DNA of 63,515 bases, filler included, from Folioceros fuciformis (Eukaryota), in assembly GCA_049999805.1 (NCBI GenBank). It is 11 parts of 11 records of this genome, joined end to end, with 100 filler letters (N's around TTAATTAATTAA, not from the genome) between each part and the next. Parts side by side here need not be neighbours in the genome. Positions count along the whole stretch, not along the records: positions 45,407 to 54,311 come from JBNGIO010003407.1; positions 54,412 to 56,035 come from JBNGIO010003408.1; positions 56,136 to 57,897 come from JBNGIO010003410.1; positions 57,998 to 60,634 come from JBNGIO010003413.1; positions 60,735 to 61,846 come from JBNGIO010003414.1; 6 more parts are not named here. One strand, 5' to 3'. Below the pieces are notes generated by a model. That model had not been told where the DNA came from and searched no databases. It saw only the letters and a list, made by a program, of their open reading frames with translations. Every line of letters begins with the position of its first letter. Positions within the stretch are counted from its first letter, which is position 1. Shown here piece after piece: positions 49,624 through 61,946 of the stretch. Both the position numbers and the translations under genes were made by a program.

Positions 49624-51192
49624 ATGGTGATAAGCAGATCCGTGTGCGGCGTGCAGCTGGGGCAGCAATCCTGCCTGATCCCCGGTGTTGGCCTTCTGCT
49701 GCAGGCTCGTCCGGCACGGCGACGTCCAGGGTGCAAGAGCACAGCAGCACGGCAGATTGTGGTGGCTGCCGCCGCTGGCAACGGCTATGGCGGTAGTGAT
49801 GGGACACGGCGGGGCATGGTTCTGACGGCCGGAGCCCTGGCCCTCGACCTGATGACAAGCTTGGGGCTGAATTGCGACCCGGCCCATGCTTTCTCGCTCG
49901 GAATCTGTAAGCAGAATTGGTGATTGCATTCTGACGCTGGCCTTGCAGCAGCAGAGAGACACGTCTTCTTTCTGTGCTCATCGTTCCTGTCACGTCCGGT
50001 AGAATGAGATGAACGGGTCATGTACCATGTGATGGCCTGGTGGAATGGCAGCAGGACCGAAGGACTGGCTGCGAGAGCAGAAGAAGAAAACCTCTCAATT
50101 CCTTCTTGCTCCCATTCTAGCCTCCAGGGACAGGTTGCAGAGCGCAGTGTCTGTGCTGAACAGTGAGCAAAGAAAACCCCTTCCTCTCATCTCCCGGCAC
50201 ATCATCGTCTCGTGCGTTTTCTGTGCTGTGTGCAATGTGCTTTCACCAGTGCGTGACAATGTGCTTTCACCAGTGCGTGACAATGTGCTTTCACCAGTGC
50301 GTGACAATGTGCAAATGGTCTGCAACTTGACTCGTACGAGCTCATGTAATCAGACACTAACGGCATCCCCAGCACCAGCAGCTACAAGGAGGCAGAGGAG
50401 CTAGTGAAGAGAGCATCCCGTGACTGCATGGCTCCGGAGGCTGGCTCTGTGATCGACCTCCAAAGTCGGTCAGGCATTCAGGTATGATGTGCGCCCCACT
50501 ACGTTTCCTTCCTCAATCCTCCATGTTCCCCTTCCTCTGTTTGCTCCCACCTTACCTTCTCCGTCTCCACACAACTCAGGTGTGCACATTCCGACTCATT
50601 CTCAAGAACGCGGCCTCCCTTCTAGACAAGGCAGACCCCGTGAGGCTCAAGGCAGACGCAGCCCTAGACGAGCTCATCCAAGCCTTCAACACTGCGGACC
50701 AGTTCCTGGCCATCGGGGCAGCGGGGTATGATGGTGTGGACAGGTATGCCGTTGTTTTTTTCCTCCCTTTCTCTACAAGTTCCTTCCTTCCTGACATCCC
50801 TCCTTACTTCCCTCCTTTCTTCCCTCCTTTCTTCCTCGATCAACCTTACCTTGCTCCCGGTCCTCCTCTCACTGGCTCATCAGGTCTGGATTTAATGAAC
50901 GACTAGGGCTTTGCTTGAATGTCTCACTTCTTTGATCAAGTCTAGCTTGTCTCCTACTCTGTACCATGCCGTTTGGCCGGCTCACCAGGTCTAGATTCAA
51001 TGCATGAGTAGAGTTTGTCTGTGTACATAATTCCTATTGCTCATGACACTGGATGGGCTGAAGTGATGAACTGACACGGACGTCGGATGCGCGAACAGGG
51101 CCAGCGTGATGGAGGCGCTGCAGCAGGCGGGTGCCGCGCTGGACGAGTTCGAAGGCGGCATCCGGGCATGTCTGGGCATCCCAGCGGCTTAG
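49624..51192 (+). CDS. Uncharacterised chloroplast protein with a thylakoid Tat signal, 5 exons (49624-49906, 50052-50162, 50354-50481, 50580-50743, 51099-51192)
   Basis: Transit peptide, then TRRGMVL-hydrophobic-AHA|FSLGI|SGPKDWLREQKKK..ASRDC..|VCTFRLILKNAASLL..|..LDEFEGGIRACLGIPAA*. GT-AG junctions keep the frame. Confidence 0.8.
50233..50312. repeat. 24-bp intronic tandem repeat (CAATGTGCTTTCACCAGTGCGTGA), three copies plus a partial
   Basis: Three identical copies plus a partial one in intron 2. Confidence 0.95.
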
Positions 51193-52588
51193 CACAGCAT
51201 CGCCTCGCCCAGGGCGCCATGTAGTGGGGTAGGAGGGAGGGAGGGGAATGCGCGGTGGGCACGAGAGCTCGGCAGGGGGAGAGAACAGATTGCACAGGTC
51301 CAGGTCGAGAATCCAGCAGATCCGGGGTGAGAGTGGGGGAAGCGTGCAGAGGCCTGGCCATGGCCAAGTGGATAAGGCGCCGTGGTTGGGGGATCGCTCC
51401 CATCCGCAAGGGACAGCGCGGAGGCTGAGCAATCGTCCATGGGGCGGGAACTGGCTGGGGCCCGGGCCCAGGCGCGCCAGGTGGGATGTCACCTCTCCTC
51501 CTTTTTACGTCCACGAGGAGGCCCGAGGGCAGCAGCGTGCGCCTCGCACACAGATTGTGAGTAGAGGCGGAGGCCAGGAATTGGGCGATCCTTGATCCGA
51601 CATGCACAGAGTCCCGGGCTGGGCGGGGCCCCGGCGGGCCCCGTTCAAGGAGGCGACGTGGGCGTTGCAGTACACTCGTGTCCTGGACACCCTAGAGCCA
51701 GTGAGATTGCCCCTTGGGTGGGCCCCGCTGCCCGGGTGTGCGGGTCATACATGCTCTGTTCGGGGCCCGGCCCGGCCCGGCCTGGGGTGCGACAAGGGCC
51801 AAATAATCTTAATCAAGTTTGGGCAATGATATGCGATTCTGGAGATCCGTGGGATAAGGTGCCCCCTCCCAGGCTTGCTTTGCTCTGCTCTGTTCTGCTA
51901 TGTATGCTCTGTTCTGCTCGTGTTGGCCACACTTGCCCCGCGGGGCTAAGATATGGCGTGTATGGATGTAGCAGGGAGGCGGGGTGCAGGCTCGCGATCA
52001 GATAAGGGCACCATGCCTTACTCCGGGCCTGGCGACCCTCGGCTCTCCCAGGGGTTCCCGCCCTGCTCTCTCTCTCAAGTCTCTGCGAACCCTAATCTAC
52101 AGACTTGGGGAGCATGAGAGGCAGATGTGGGCTGGTTCTAGGGTTGGGAAGGCGGGTCGGGATCATGGGGTTGGGCTGGGAGAGCTGTGGTTCAACCCCG
52201 AATCCGAGACTGGCATGTGTCAAGCGGAGAAGAACTTCACTGCCGGTCCAATGAGCGCCACTCGCTGAGAGCAGAAATAGAACCGCTGTGCCTGCGCTGC
52301 GCAGGCTTGCTGTTGACCAGGTCATTTGGTGCTGGCTGGATAATCTTGTCTCAAACCTCTCTCGCCCTCAGATATTTGTGCTCTTTTTATCCCCCTTTAG
52401 AAGCTGAAGCAGCAGCACAAGAAGCATCTATCACCCTTCCGTATCCTACTCCGCCTCCTCCTCCTCCTCCTTCCGTCTGCCCCCTCCCTTTCCGTCGCTC
52501 ATGTTAGTTTTGTGACTTGATTGCTTCTCCTCTTTCCATCCGACGATAGTTGTATGCAGTTGGGTTGGTCTGGTCTGGTCTTATCTCC

Positions 52589-52790
52589 TGCTCTATGGAA
52601 CATGGGGTTCCTTGGCTTCCATACCTTCAATATATTCCAGATAAAGCTTGAACATGGGGTTCCTTGGCTTCCATATCTTCAATGTATTCAAGACAAAGCT
52701 TGAACATCCATATCTTCAATATATTCAAGACAAAGCTTGAACATGGGTTCCTTGGTTCCATACCTTCAATATATTCAAGACAAAGCTTCC
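52589..52790. repeat. ~51-bp imperfect tandem repeat
   Basis: GAACATGGGGTTCCTTGGCTTCCATA..TTCAAGACAAAGCTT recurs about 4 times. Confidence 0.85.
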
Positions 52791-53627
52791 TACTGTCTCA
52801 TATTCTTATCAATAAGCTAGTGTGTTGGTGATTGTTGTACTGCAAATTGACAACTGTGTTGTATGTGGAATAGGCTAGTCATGTCATCAAAAGAGTGCCA
52901 AGTACGACTCCCAACTAGTCGGGTTACTAGAGGGCATGAAAAGGGTTATTAGAGGGCATGAAAAGGAAATGGTCAGAACAAAAGCAGCTAGGCTACACTC
53001 AGCTAGGCTAGGATAGGTTAAAGTGAGCTCATGTTAGGCGTCCTTTAGAAATGATTGGAGCATCCTCGTGACATATGTACGTGACGATGTTTGAAGTTTG
53101 TCGCAGCCAATGAGTAAAGGATTTTTTCTGCCATCTTGTTGTCGGGGCGATCCTCCATGATCGGTACTAGGATACCTGTGGATGCTCACACATTGCCAGA
53201 CACACAAAAGCAATCACAAAGAACCCACCACGGCGGCCACAGTATGTCGGAGTATGGCAGACAAAATGAGACGAGACAATACCCGCCTCAATGACGTTGA
53301 TTGAGTTATGTCTAGTCCAATTCAAGCAAAGATACATATCTTGTTTGTACTTGGAATCCAGACCTCAAGGCGTGAGATGAGATGTGAAACGTGAGACGTG
53401 ACATTTTGAAATGCCAGATGTAAATCTTCTTCCATGCCTTGTGTAGATGTAGATCTTCTTCCATGCCTTGTGTTCTTAGCAGTGTAGAGAGGACTTCCCC
53501 TTTCACCTTTGTTGTTGGATGGAAGGATGGATGGAAATGTGAATTTGGCTATGATCTTACATTGGAAGAAGGAAGTAGCACGGCAGGCAGGAAGGAATGG
53601 AATGTGATGCAATGTGTAGGGTAGAAG

Positions 53628-53708
53628 CAGACCAGTCAGGGCCAGGCCAGACCAGCCAGACCAGTCCAGGCCAGATCAGACCAGGCCAGGCCAGACCAGA
53701 CCAGACCC
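53628..53708. repeat. (CCAGA/CCAGG)n pentamer microsatellite
   Basis: Run of CCAGR units. Confidence 0.85.
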
Positions 53709-54415
53709 GGAGTGGGTGGGTGAGAGGGATGGAAGTGGATGAGAGTCGTGAGGCTTGGAGACGCAAATGGGGATATATGGAAGGCGTTGCAACCGGCGTG
53801 GAACGGGCACAGCCCCGATTTTCTTATCCCCGATCGCGGATCGTGGATCGCGACGCGAGGAGGAAGGAGCACGGGGACGGCCCGTTCCGTTACCAATGCC
53901 GTTCACGTTCCCGTGCCCTGGCCCCTGCCTGGCCCAATGCCGCTGTCCGGTCCCGTTCCTTCCAGCCGGTGATCAGCACGCTGTGCGCCGCGATTTCCTG
54001 GACAAATGCACTAAAAATTGCGACGAAAATGGGTTTGGCCATCCATCCGTGCGGGCCCGGGGGACACCCTCATTCGCTGCCCGCCTCAAGTGCCATCCTC
54101 CACCACACTTCTTATCCCCCCACCTCGGAGCATACAAGCCTACAGCGCGCAGTGCAGCGAAGCGCTGCTACTGTTCTCTCCTCTCCTCTTTTCTGCCCTC
54201 CTCTCCACTCCTCTGATTTGCTTCTGCACCCTGGTGGATTGGGCCGTCTCCCTCTCCCCCGTCCACCTCTCCTCATCCGCTTCCTCATTGTCGTGCGCGC
54301 CTTCCCTGCACNNNNNNNNNNNNNNNNNNNNNNNNNNNNNNNNNNNNNNNNNNNNTTAATTAATTAANNNNNNNNNNNNNNNNNNNNNNNNNNNNNNNNN
54401 NNNNNNNNNNNCAAC

Positions 54416-54512
54416 GTCTGGTAGGATCGCAAGCCGTGTGTTGCCGGCTGTACAGTGTTTGGTAGGATCGCGGGCAGCGTGTTGCCGGTTGTATAGTGTC
54501 TGGTAGGATCAC
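54416..54512. repeat. 41-bp tandem repeat, about 2.3 copies
   Basis: GTCTGGTAGGATCGC..GTGTTGCCGG.TGTA.AGT recurs. Confidence 0.8.
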
Positions 54513-55744
54513 AAGGTGTAATGACCAGGGTGTAGGGGCTTGCCCCTAGCTCTTGATTGTAAAGGATGTGTCTTTCTCTCAACCTGTCCACTCTTGTTCC
54601 TTGCTTGGTCAAGTGTTGTAGGCCGGCCATGTCTCATGGTGTCTGGTAAGGTTGTAGGGGGGAGATACCCAAGAGGGGAGTGTGTTCCCTTCTTCCTTTT
54701 GTTTGGGGTTAGTTTAGTGACTCTTGCCGGGTAGGAGGAGTNNNNNNNNNNNNNNNNNNNNNNNNNNNNNNNNNNNNNNNNNNNNNNNNNNNNNNNNNNN
54801 NNNNNNNNNNNNNNNNNNNNNNNNNNNNNNNNNNNNNNNNNCCGGACAGCGAGGCCTGTCCTACGCCTGATCGGAGCTGGAGGGGAGCCCTCGAATCCAT
54901 CATCGAGTTCATCAAGTCTGACCCTCCATCCACAGCAGCAAGGAACCCCATCGCTCCTTCGTGGGAACGAAACCCAATGTCTCAACGACAGTGGGATAAG
55001 TGTGGCCACTAAAGGTGGAACCCATTGGCAATCAGTGCCCGGGGTTTTGCCTCCACAGTCAGCCAAGATGCAAGTATGCAAAAGTTAGACCAACAGCAAG
55101 CTAGAATGGAGGTAGATAGAAGGAGTTGTGAGATGATAGGCGCGCTGGCTGATGGAAGTATAGGCGCGGCCTCAAGGCAAAAGGGAGAAAGGTGCATTGC
55201 TGAGCCAATATGGTGGGGTTGGTGGAGACCGATGGTAGTGAGACTGATGGTAACTTTTTGTTTCTACATCTGTTACTCAAGGTCAATGCATTAACTTTGT
55301 CCTCAACTTATGCTCTTTTCCCACTGCATATCAACTTGTAAAATATTTACTTATGCAACAAGTTTAGCTGGATACAACATGCTGATGAGTTTCCGAGTCA
55401 TTATACATCCAACACAACGGTCTCTAAATTAAATTGCTTTGTGGTTCTATTATCCTCCTTGCTACCCAGGTAATCAAAATGTCACAACTCAAAATGCTTT
55501 TTTGAGAAATGCTTTAAAAAATATGGGGATACATGACTTACAAGGTACTTTGGACGTAAGTGTCATTGTCGTGCTCTCAGCTGTAGGGTTATTAAAGCGC
55601 AATGTGCTTAGACTAATGTGTTTAGTCTAAGATTAGTGTCTAAGTTAAGTATTATAGCTAGTGTGAAGTTAAGTTAAGTATCATAGCTAGTGTTAAGTTA
55701 AGTTAAGTATCATAGCTAGTTAAGTGTCTAAGCTAAGTTAAGCA

Positions 55745-55960
55745 GGCACCCAGGGAGTGGTATTACAAGTTCCACTCCTTTATGCTTTCTCAAGGCTACA
55801 AACGTAGCGAGAAGGATCATTGCCTCTATACGAAGCAAGCTAAGGTTGGCAGCTTGCTCATTCTGGTCCTCTATGTGGATGATATGCTAATTGTTGGGAC
55901 TAGCAATGATGAGATTTCAGCGTTGAAGTCAAAGTTGAATGCTCGCTTTGACATGATAGA
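55745..55960 (+). mobile_element. Ty1/copia RT fragment
   Basis: APREWYYKFHSFMLSQGYKRSEKDHCLY..LYVDDMLIVG. Confidence 0.88.
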
Positions 55961-56135
55961 TGTGAACCTCCAAAGTTTGGGGTAGTAGTTTGTTTTGGTT
56001 GAAAAAAGGTTAATAGTGGTATGGTTTGGTTTTCTNNNNNNNNNNNNNNNNNNNNNNNNNNNNNNNNNNNNNNNNNNNNTTAATTAATTAANNNNNNNNN
56101 NNNNNNNNNNNNNNNNNNNNNNNNNNNNNNNNNNN

Positions 56136-57897
56136 ATTTTGATATTCAGTTCTACCTTAGAGGAGCATGTCCAACACTTGAGAAAAGTGTTGGAAAGGTT
56201 AAGGGCAAATTCTTTGTTCTTAGCTATAACAAAGTGTGACTTTGTTAAGGAAGAAATAGACTTCCTTGGATTCATTGTCTCTGCTGATGGAATCAGGATG
56301 GATCCTGGTAAGGTAAAAGCCATACAGAGTTGGCTGCCGCCAAGCAATGTGCATGAAGTGCGTATGTTTTTAGGATTGGCTAGTGTGTATAGAAGATTTG
56401 TACCAATGTTTGCCAAAATTGCTGCCCCATTAACTGATCTCTTGAAGAAGGTGAAGACATGGAAGTGGGATGAAGAATGTCAAAGGGCATTCGAGTTTCT
56501 CAAGTTGAAACTCAGCACTACCCCAGTACTAGCAATCTATGATCCAAAGAAATATATAAAAGTGTATACTGATGCGTCAGATACAGCTATTGGAGGAGTG
56601 CTTATGCAAGAAGGTAGGCCAGTGGCTTACGAATCAAGAAAGTTGCATGAACATGAGAGGAAATACCCCACATATGAGAAGGAGATGACAGCCGTCATCA
56701 ATTGTCTCAAGATTTGGAGACACTATCTTCTCGGAAGATCTTTTGTGCTGTACACAGATAATGTAAGTACAAGCTTCTTTTCTAATCAACTGCGACTAAA
56801 TGCTAGACAAGCAAGATGGCAAGATTTCCTAGCGATGTATGATGTGGAGATTAAGTACAAGCCAGGGAAGGAAAATCTCGTGGCAGATGCTCTTAGTCGC
56901 AAGCAGGAGTTGAGTTTAATGTCTGTTTTTAAGCTGAAGAATCCTAAACTAGCTACAACGCGGATGGTGATTGAGCCAAGGGACACTCACACGCAGATTA
57001 AAGAGGCTTANNNNNNNNNNNNNNNNNNNNNNNNNNNNNNNNNNNNNNNNNNNNNNNNNNNNNNNNNNNNNNNNNNNNNNNNNNNNNNNNNNNNNNNNNN
57101 NNNNNNNNNNCGGGGTCTAAGTTTAAGCTTAGAAATGGCTTGTTAATGTTCAAGCAAAACAGGATTGTGATTCCTGATTCTCAAGAGTTGAGAAAAAAGT
57201 TGCTTGCAGAATGTCACGATGTGTTAAGTGCTGGTCATCGGGGAATTGACACAACTTACGAGAAGTTGAAGAAGCTGTTTTACTGGCCTGGAATGTACAA
57301 ACATACTGTAGAGTATGTGAAGTCTTGTGTAGACTGTCAGCAGGATAAAGTAGAACAGACAAATCCACGAGGTTTGTTGCAACCCCTGCCTATTCCAAGT
57401 GGGCCTTGGAAGAGTATATCAATGGATTTTGTTATGCCATTGCCACCCAGTAATGGATACACAACTATCATGACAGTTGTTGATAGGTTCAGCAAGCAAG
57501 CACACTTTATCCCCACGAAGAAGCAAGTGAAGGCTTTAGAAGTTGCTCAATTATTTAAGAAGCACATCTATGTGTTACATGGATTGCCTATGCAAATTGT
57601 GAGTGATAGAGATCCCAGATTCACAGCGGAAATTTGGCAACAGCTTATGAAGAGCTTGGGAGTGCAACTATGTCTAAGTACAGCATATCACCCTGATACA
57701 GATGGATCTACAGAAAGAGTAAACAGAATCCAAGAGGAATACTTACGACACTATGTACAAATGGACCAAAGGAACTGGAGTAATCATCTTGAGGATGCAG
57801 AGTTTTGTTATAACAATACTGTACATAGCTCCACAGGCTATACACCTTTTCAGATGACAGGTAACGAAGCAATGGACGCAGTTTCCATGTTGAATGC
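56136..57897 (+). mobile_element. Ty3/gypsy pol (RT end, RNase H, integrase); both ends lost at contig edges
   Basis: IFSSTLEEHVQHL, FLGLASVYRRF, TDASDTAIGGVL, YESRKL, ADALSR, then HD..GHRG..CVDCQ, SMDFV, SDRDPRF and AYHPDTDGSTER. RT-RH-INT order. Confidence 0.96.
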
Positions 57898-58179
57898 NNN
57901 NNNNNNNNNNNNNNNNNNNNNNNNNNNNNNNNNNNNNNNNNTTAATTAATTAANNNNNNNNNNNNNNNNNNNNNNNNNNNNNNNNNNNNNNNNNNNNAGC
58001 TACATTACTTTATTTAGCACACTGAATGAATAAATACAAGATGATTGTTTCTTATATAGGTGCTAGTCACACCACTTCGCTTTTAACCTAACTCGACTGA
58101 TCGATGACTAGGGTAATGGGTTACTTAATCAAACCCTATTCTTAACACTTCTAGCACCTAGCCTTCAACAGTCCTCATT

Positions 58180-58314
58180 AGGAGGGGGATCTCCCTAGTT
58201 GACCCACATTATTAAGAGGGGGATCTCCCTAGTTGACCCAGCGTCATTAAGAGGGGGNNNNNNNNNNCCCTAGTTGACCCAGCGTCATTAAGAGGGGGAT
58301 CTCCCTAGTTGACC
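58180..58314. repeat. ~35-bp tandem repeat (GAGGGGGATCTCCCTAGTTGACCCAGCGTCATTAA)
   Basis: About 4 copies, one interrupted by 10 N. Confidence 0.85.
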
Positions 58315-58566
58315 TTGCTCAGCCAACAGTTCAGCCACAGATCAGGGAAAGGTTGAGTTGCAACCAGCTTCAGCCATGCCCTTAACTCTAGTCTTCACCA
58401 CTCTGCTGGGTACTCCTTCTTGCTCAAGACTTTCAATCTTCTTAATCACCTCATGGATTATATGAGTCGCAAGTTGGAGAAGCCACCATAGATTAGTTAG
58501 TACACTCAAGACCAGGCTCAAGCATGCATGAAAGATGGAGGCTATGGGCCAAAACCCGAATCTGCA

Positions 58567-58974
58567 GCAAGGGGGAGTGTTAGAGAACAGTAGCGTGTAC
58601 GCCACAAATCAGGGTTTTAGCACTATGGTTTTAAGTCATGTCTCTATACACACTTTAGCACATGTTTTGTGCTTAGGTCCGTAATTGTTAGTTTATTAGA
58701 CGGGCAAGTCGTTATGAACCGTAACCGCAAAAGCGGTTAAAGAACCGACTCTGTACAGTATAAGAACAAGTCTGTATGTATTAGTAAATCATTCTTTCAA
58801 TTTTGTATATGGCCAGCAATTTCTGACCCCTTTAGTAAGGGTGCTATCAAGTAGCCTTATTCATTCTTCTATCCAATGCAGGTGCTATCAAGTAGCCATA
58901 ATATTTGTTACTTCCATGTAATGTAGGTACTATCATGTAGCCTTATCTGGGCAGCGCACATTGGTATCACAACC
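58567..58974 (+). mobile_element. Putative LTR (58578-58960) with an upstream PPT and a downstream degenerate PBS
   Basis: GCAAGGGGGAG|TGTTAG..CACA|T TGGTATCACAACC. Confidence 0.55.
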
Positions 58975-59299
58975 TAGGATGACTTATATAAAGATCCAAC
59001 ATAGTCACATATGGTTTACCAAAGAGGGTAGAATGTCCTCATCCTTTTCTTCACTTGGCACCCCCCACTTGTTTCCTTCGATGCTAGAATGAACGAAAAA
59101 GGCCGTTGACAAAGAGGACATTGTCTTGTGACGTTCTCACTTTGAGTTTCAACTTCTCCCCATCTAAAACCTCAAGCTAGATCTAGGCCTCAGCTTGGGC
59201 TTGGGCCAACAATAGAGCCTTGCTTTATTCAAATGGTAGCTTAGGCTCAAAGGTGGGTTTAGGAGTGGAAGAAATTGAAGGGTTAGTTGGCCAGGTTAG

Positions 59300-60634
59300 A
59301 ATCTAAGCTTGCATGTGACTAAAATGGAGAGTGCGCATAGATTCATAGCGTAGAGCTTAGTACATTGTAAGATAGCAGCGGCGTACAAGGTCTAAGGTGC
59401 TAGATAAGCACCGATCTGATGGCGTGTAACCGCCACAACCTTTCCTAACCTAACACCTAACCTGCAGTCTAACTAAAGTTCGAAGTCGTAAAATAATCTA
59501 ACCTATTTACCCCTTCGTGGGGTATTAGGGTTTGCCCAACACCCCCACTCGACAAGAACTTAACCAAAAAAAAACGCAGCCCTAACTCCTCCTCTTCAAT
59601 GTATTCCTCGCCGCCGCTTGTCGAGATGTTGTCCGCCAGGTTACTGCCGCTGCTCATTCTTATCTCCAACCTCGTCCAATTTGCCCTTGTGTCTGGAGCA
59701 AAGAAAGCAACTGCCTGTCGGCCACCATCGTCATGTCTGCACGCTCACCTGCAGAGGAGCGAACTGAGCACCTGCAACTTTCTTGTGATCCCTGTAGCCA
59801 CGCATCCTAATCTTGGGTTCGTGTTTGTGTTTTGCAGTTCCAAACTTGCAGACTGACTCGACAAACTGACCATGTGTGTTCTGGACTCAGCTTTCTAACC
59901 TAACCTGCATAAAGTTCTTGACTGCAATTCTGATATTATTTCTAATCTATGCATGTGCCTGGTCTTCAGGTACCAAGCCCAGGTGCCGACAATGCTTCAT
60001 GTGGGGCTCCGCCGCCAGGGCCTTTGTGAGAACGTCAGCCTGATTTTCCGACGTGTTGATGTAGTGCAGCTGAATTTCTCCTCGTGCCACCACTTCTCTG
60101 ATGAAGTGATGATGCACTTCAATGTGCTTAGCCCTGGAATGGAAGACATGGTTGTTAGCAAGCGCAATTGCGCCCTGGTTGTCACAGAACAGGTTCGTTG
60201 CCTCCATCTGTGGCTGTCCCACATCTTCCAGACATCTGCGATCCCACACTGCCTCCTTGGCAGCAACGGTAAGCATTTTATATTCAGCTTCAGTGCTCGA
60301 TAAACATATGTTCTCGTTCTTCTTACATGACCACGAAATCAGGCCACCTGCAAGCATGAACACGTAAGCCGCCACTGATTTTCTACTGTCTGGGTCTGCT
60401 GCCCAGTCACTGTCACAGAAGCCTTCTAGTTGCATATTATTTTCTCACACCTCCTGTATGTGATGCAGAAGTCGGCTGTATGCTTGAGATAACGCATCAT
60501 GCGCTTTACCTGGGTCCAGTGGTCTCTACCATATGCCGCTAGGAACTGTGAAAGAAGATGGACTGGGAATGCAATATCTACCCGAGTTAAACAGGTCAGG
60601 TAAATTAGTGTTCCCACTGCTGCTTTGTACAGGA
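59300..60634 (-). mobile_element. 3' part of a Ty1/copia (RT end, RNase H, PPT, 3' LTR starting at 59541; far LTR end uncertain)
   Basis: VGTLIYL..TRVDIAF; GFCDSDWAAD..LSSTEAEY..CDNQGAIAL..HSRAKHIEV. Minus-strand PPT GAGTGGGGG followed by TGTTGG. Confidence 0.9.
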
Positions 60635-61339
60635 NNNNNNNNNNNNNNNNNNNNNNNNNNNNNNNNNNNNNNNNNNNNTTAATTAATTAANNNNNNNNNN
60701 NNNNNNNNNNNNNNNNNNNNNNNNNNNNNNNNNNACCTCTTAGACTATCCAGAGACTTCGAAGGATGCCTGATCTTCAAAGGTCTGCGGACGCCGCCTCT
60801 TCCTTGCTGGATGGTCGCCCGCTAAGTCTTCCCCTGCAACTGTTCACCCTTGGTGGCTGAGCGAGCCTCTAGGGAAGGAGCATGAGCAATGGGAAAGATA
60901 GAGAAGAGGTGGGAAGGAGTGGGATCAGCAGCCGGAACCTGGCCTGAAAACGGTAGCTTATTCAGCGGGATCAGCTCCCAGCCGAAATGGTTCCTCAGCC
61001 ATGGAAGACTGACCCTCGGGTGCTGGGGAAGGCCCTGAACTAAGAGGAAAAGAAAGCAGGTGAANNNNNNNNNNNNNNNNNNNNNNNNNNNNNNNNNNNN
61101 NNNNNNNNNNNNNNNNNNNNNNNNNNNNNNNNNNNNNNNNNNNNNNNNNNNNNNNNNNNNNNNNACTGACCCTAGGGTGCTGGGGAAGGCCCTGAACTAG
61201 GAGGAAAAGAAAGCAGGTGAAACGGAGTTGAAATGGAATTTCTGGAATTAAATCCAGAAAAATAGGGAAGAAAATAGGAAAGGGGAAATTAGGAAAATAA
61301 AAAGAAAAGGAATACGGGGGTACGAAAGGAATACGGGAA

Positions 61340-61846
61340 TACGGGAGTTGTCCAGTGCTACAATTGTCGTGGATTTGGGCACTATGCTAACAGCTGTCCA
61401 TCAGCAACTAGGCAGGCCAATGGGGATTTCGATAGGTTGTGCCAGGACTGCAAACAGCAGGGGCACGTGGCGGGCAGCGTGCTTTGCGAGAACCCTAGGA
61501 AGAGTGTGAGAATAGCTCAGCCAGCGGTGACGGGGGGGCAGCAAGCAGCACCTCAAGGGACCGCAACAGCCATGCACGTAGAAGATGCCCTCATGGCTGT
61601 TTGGGAGGAGGCTGAAGCCAAGGTTCTTAGGGGGCTGGAGGGGCTGGACAACACCAAGGAGGGTTACTATGGGGAGGATACAGCCATGGCTGTATGTACC
61701 CGCAGTGGGAAGAGAAGAGGGAGGCAGCGGGCTGCCCAGAAGAAAGGAAAGGAAGTAGAATTAGCTGTAGGATCGGAGGAGGAGGAGAAGAGTATTCCAG
61801 ATGGAGAGGAATCAGGTCAAGGAGGGGGAGACCAAGAAGGGCAGAT
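61340..61846 (+). mobile_element. Retroelement gag fragment (probably gypsy) with two zinc knuckles
   Basis: CYNCRGFGHYANSC and CQDCKQQGHVAGSVLC, then an AVCTRSGK linker motif. Confidence 0.65.
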
Positions 61847-61946
61847 NNNNNNNNNNNNNNNNNNNNNNNNNNNNNNNNNNNNNNNNNNNNTTAATTAATT
61901 AANNNNNNNNNNNNNNNNNNNNNNNNNNNNNNNNNNNNNNNNNNNN

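Noticed and set aside
51200-54311. Numerous GC-rich ORFs (e.g. 53597..54367) and possible miRNA loci
   Set aside because: Low-complexity or microsatellite-derived translations with no recognisable domain; no conserved plant miRNA recognised by eye.
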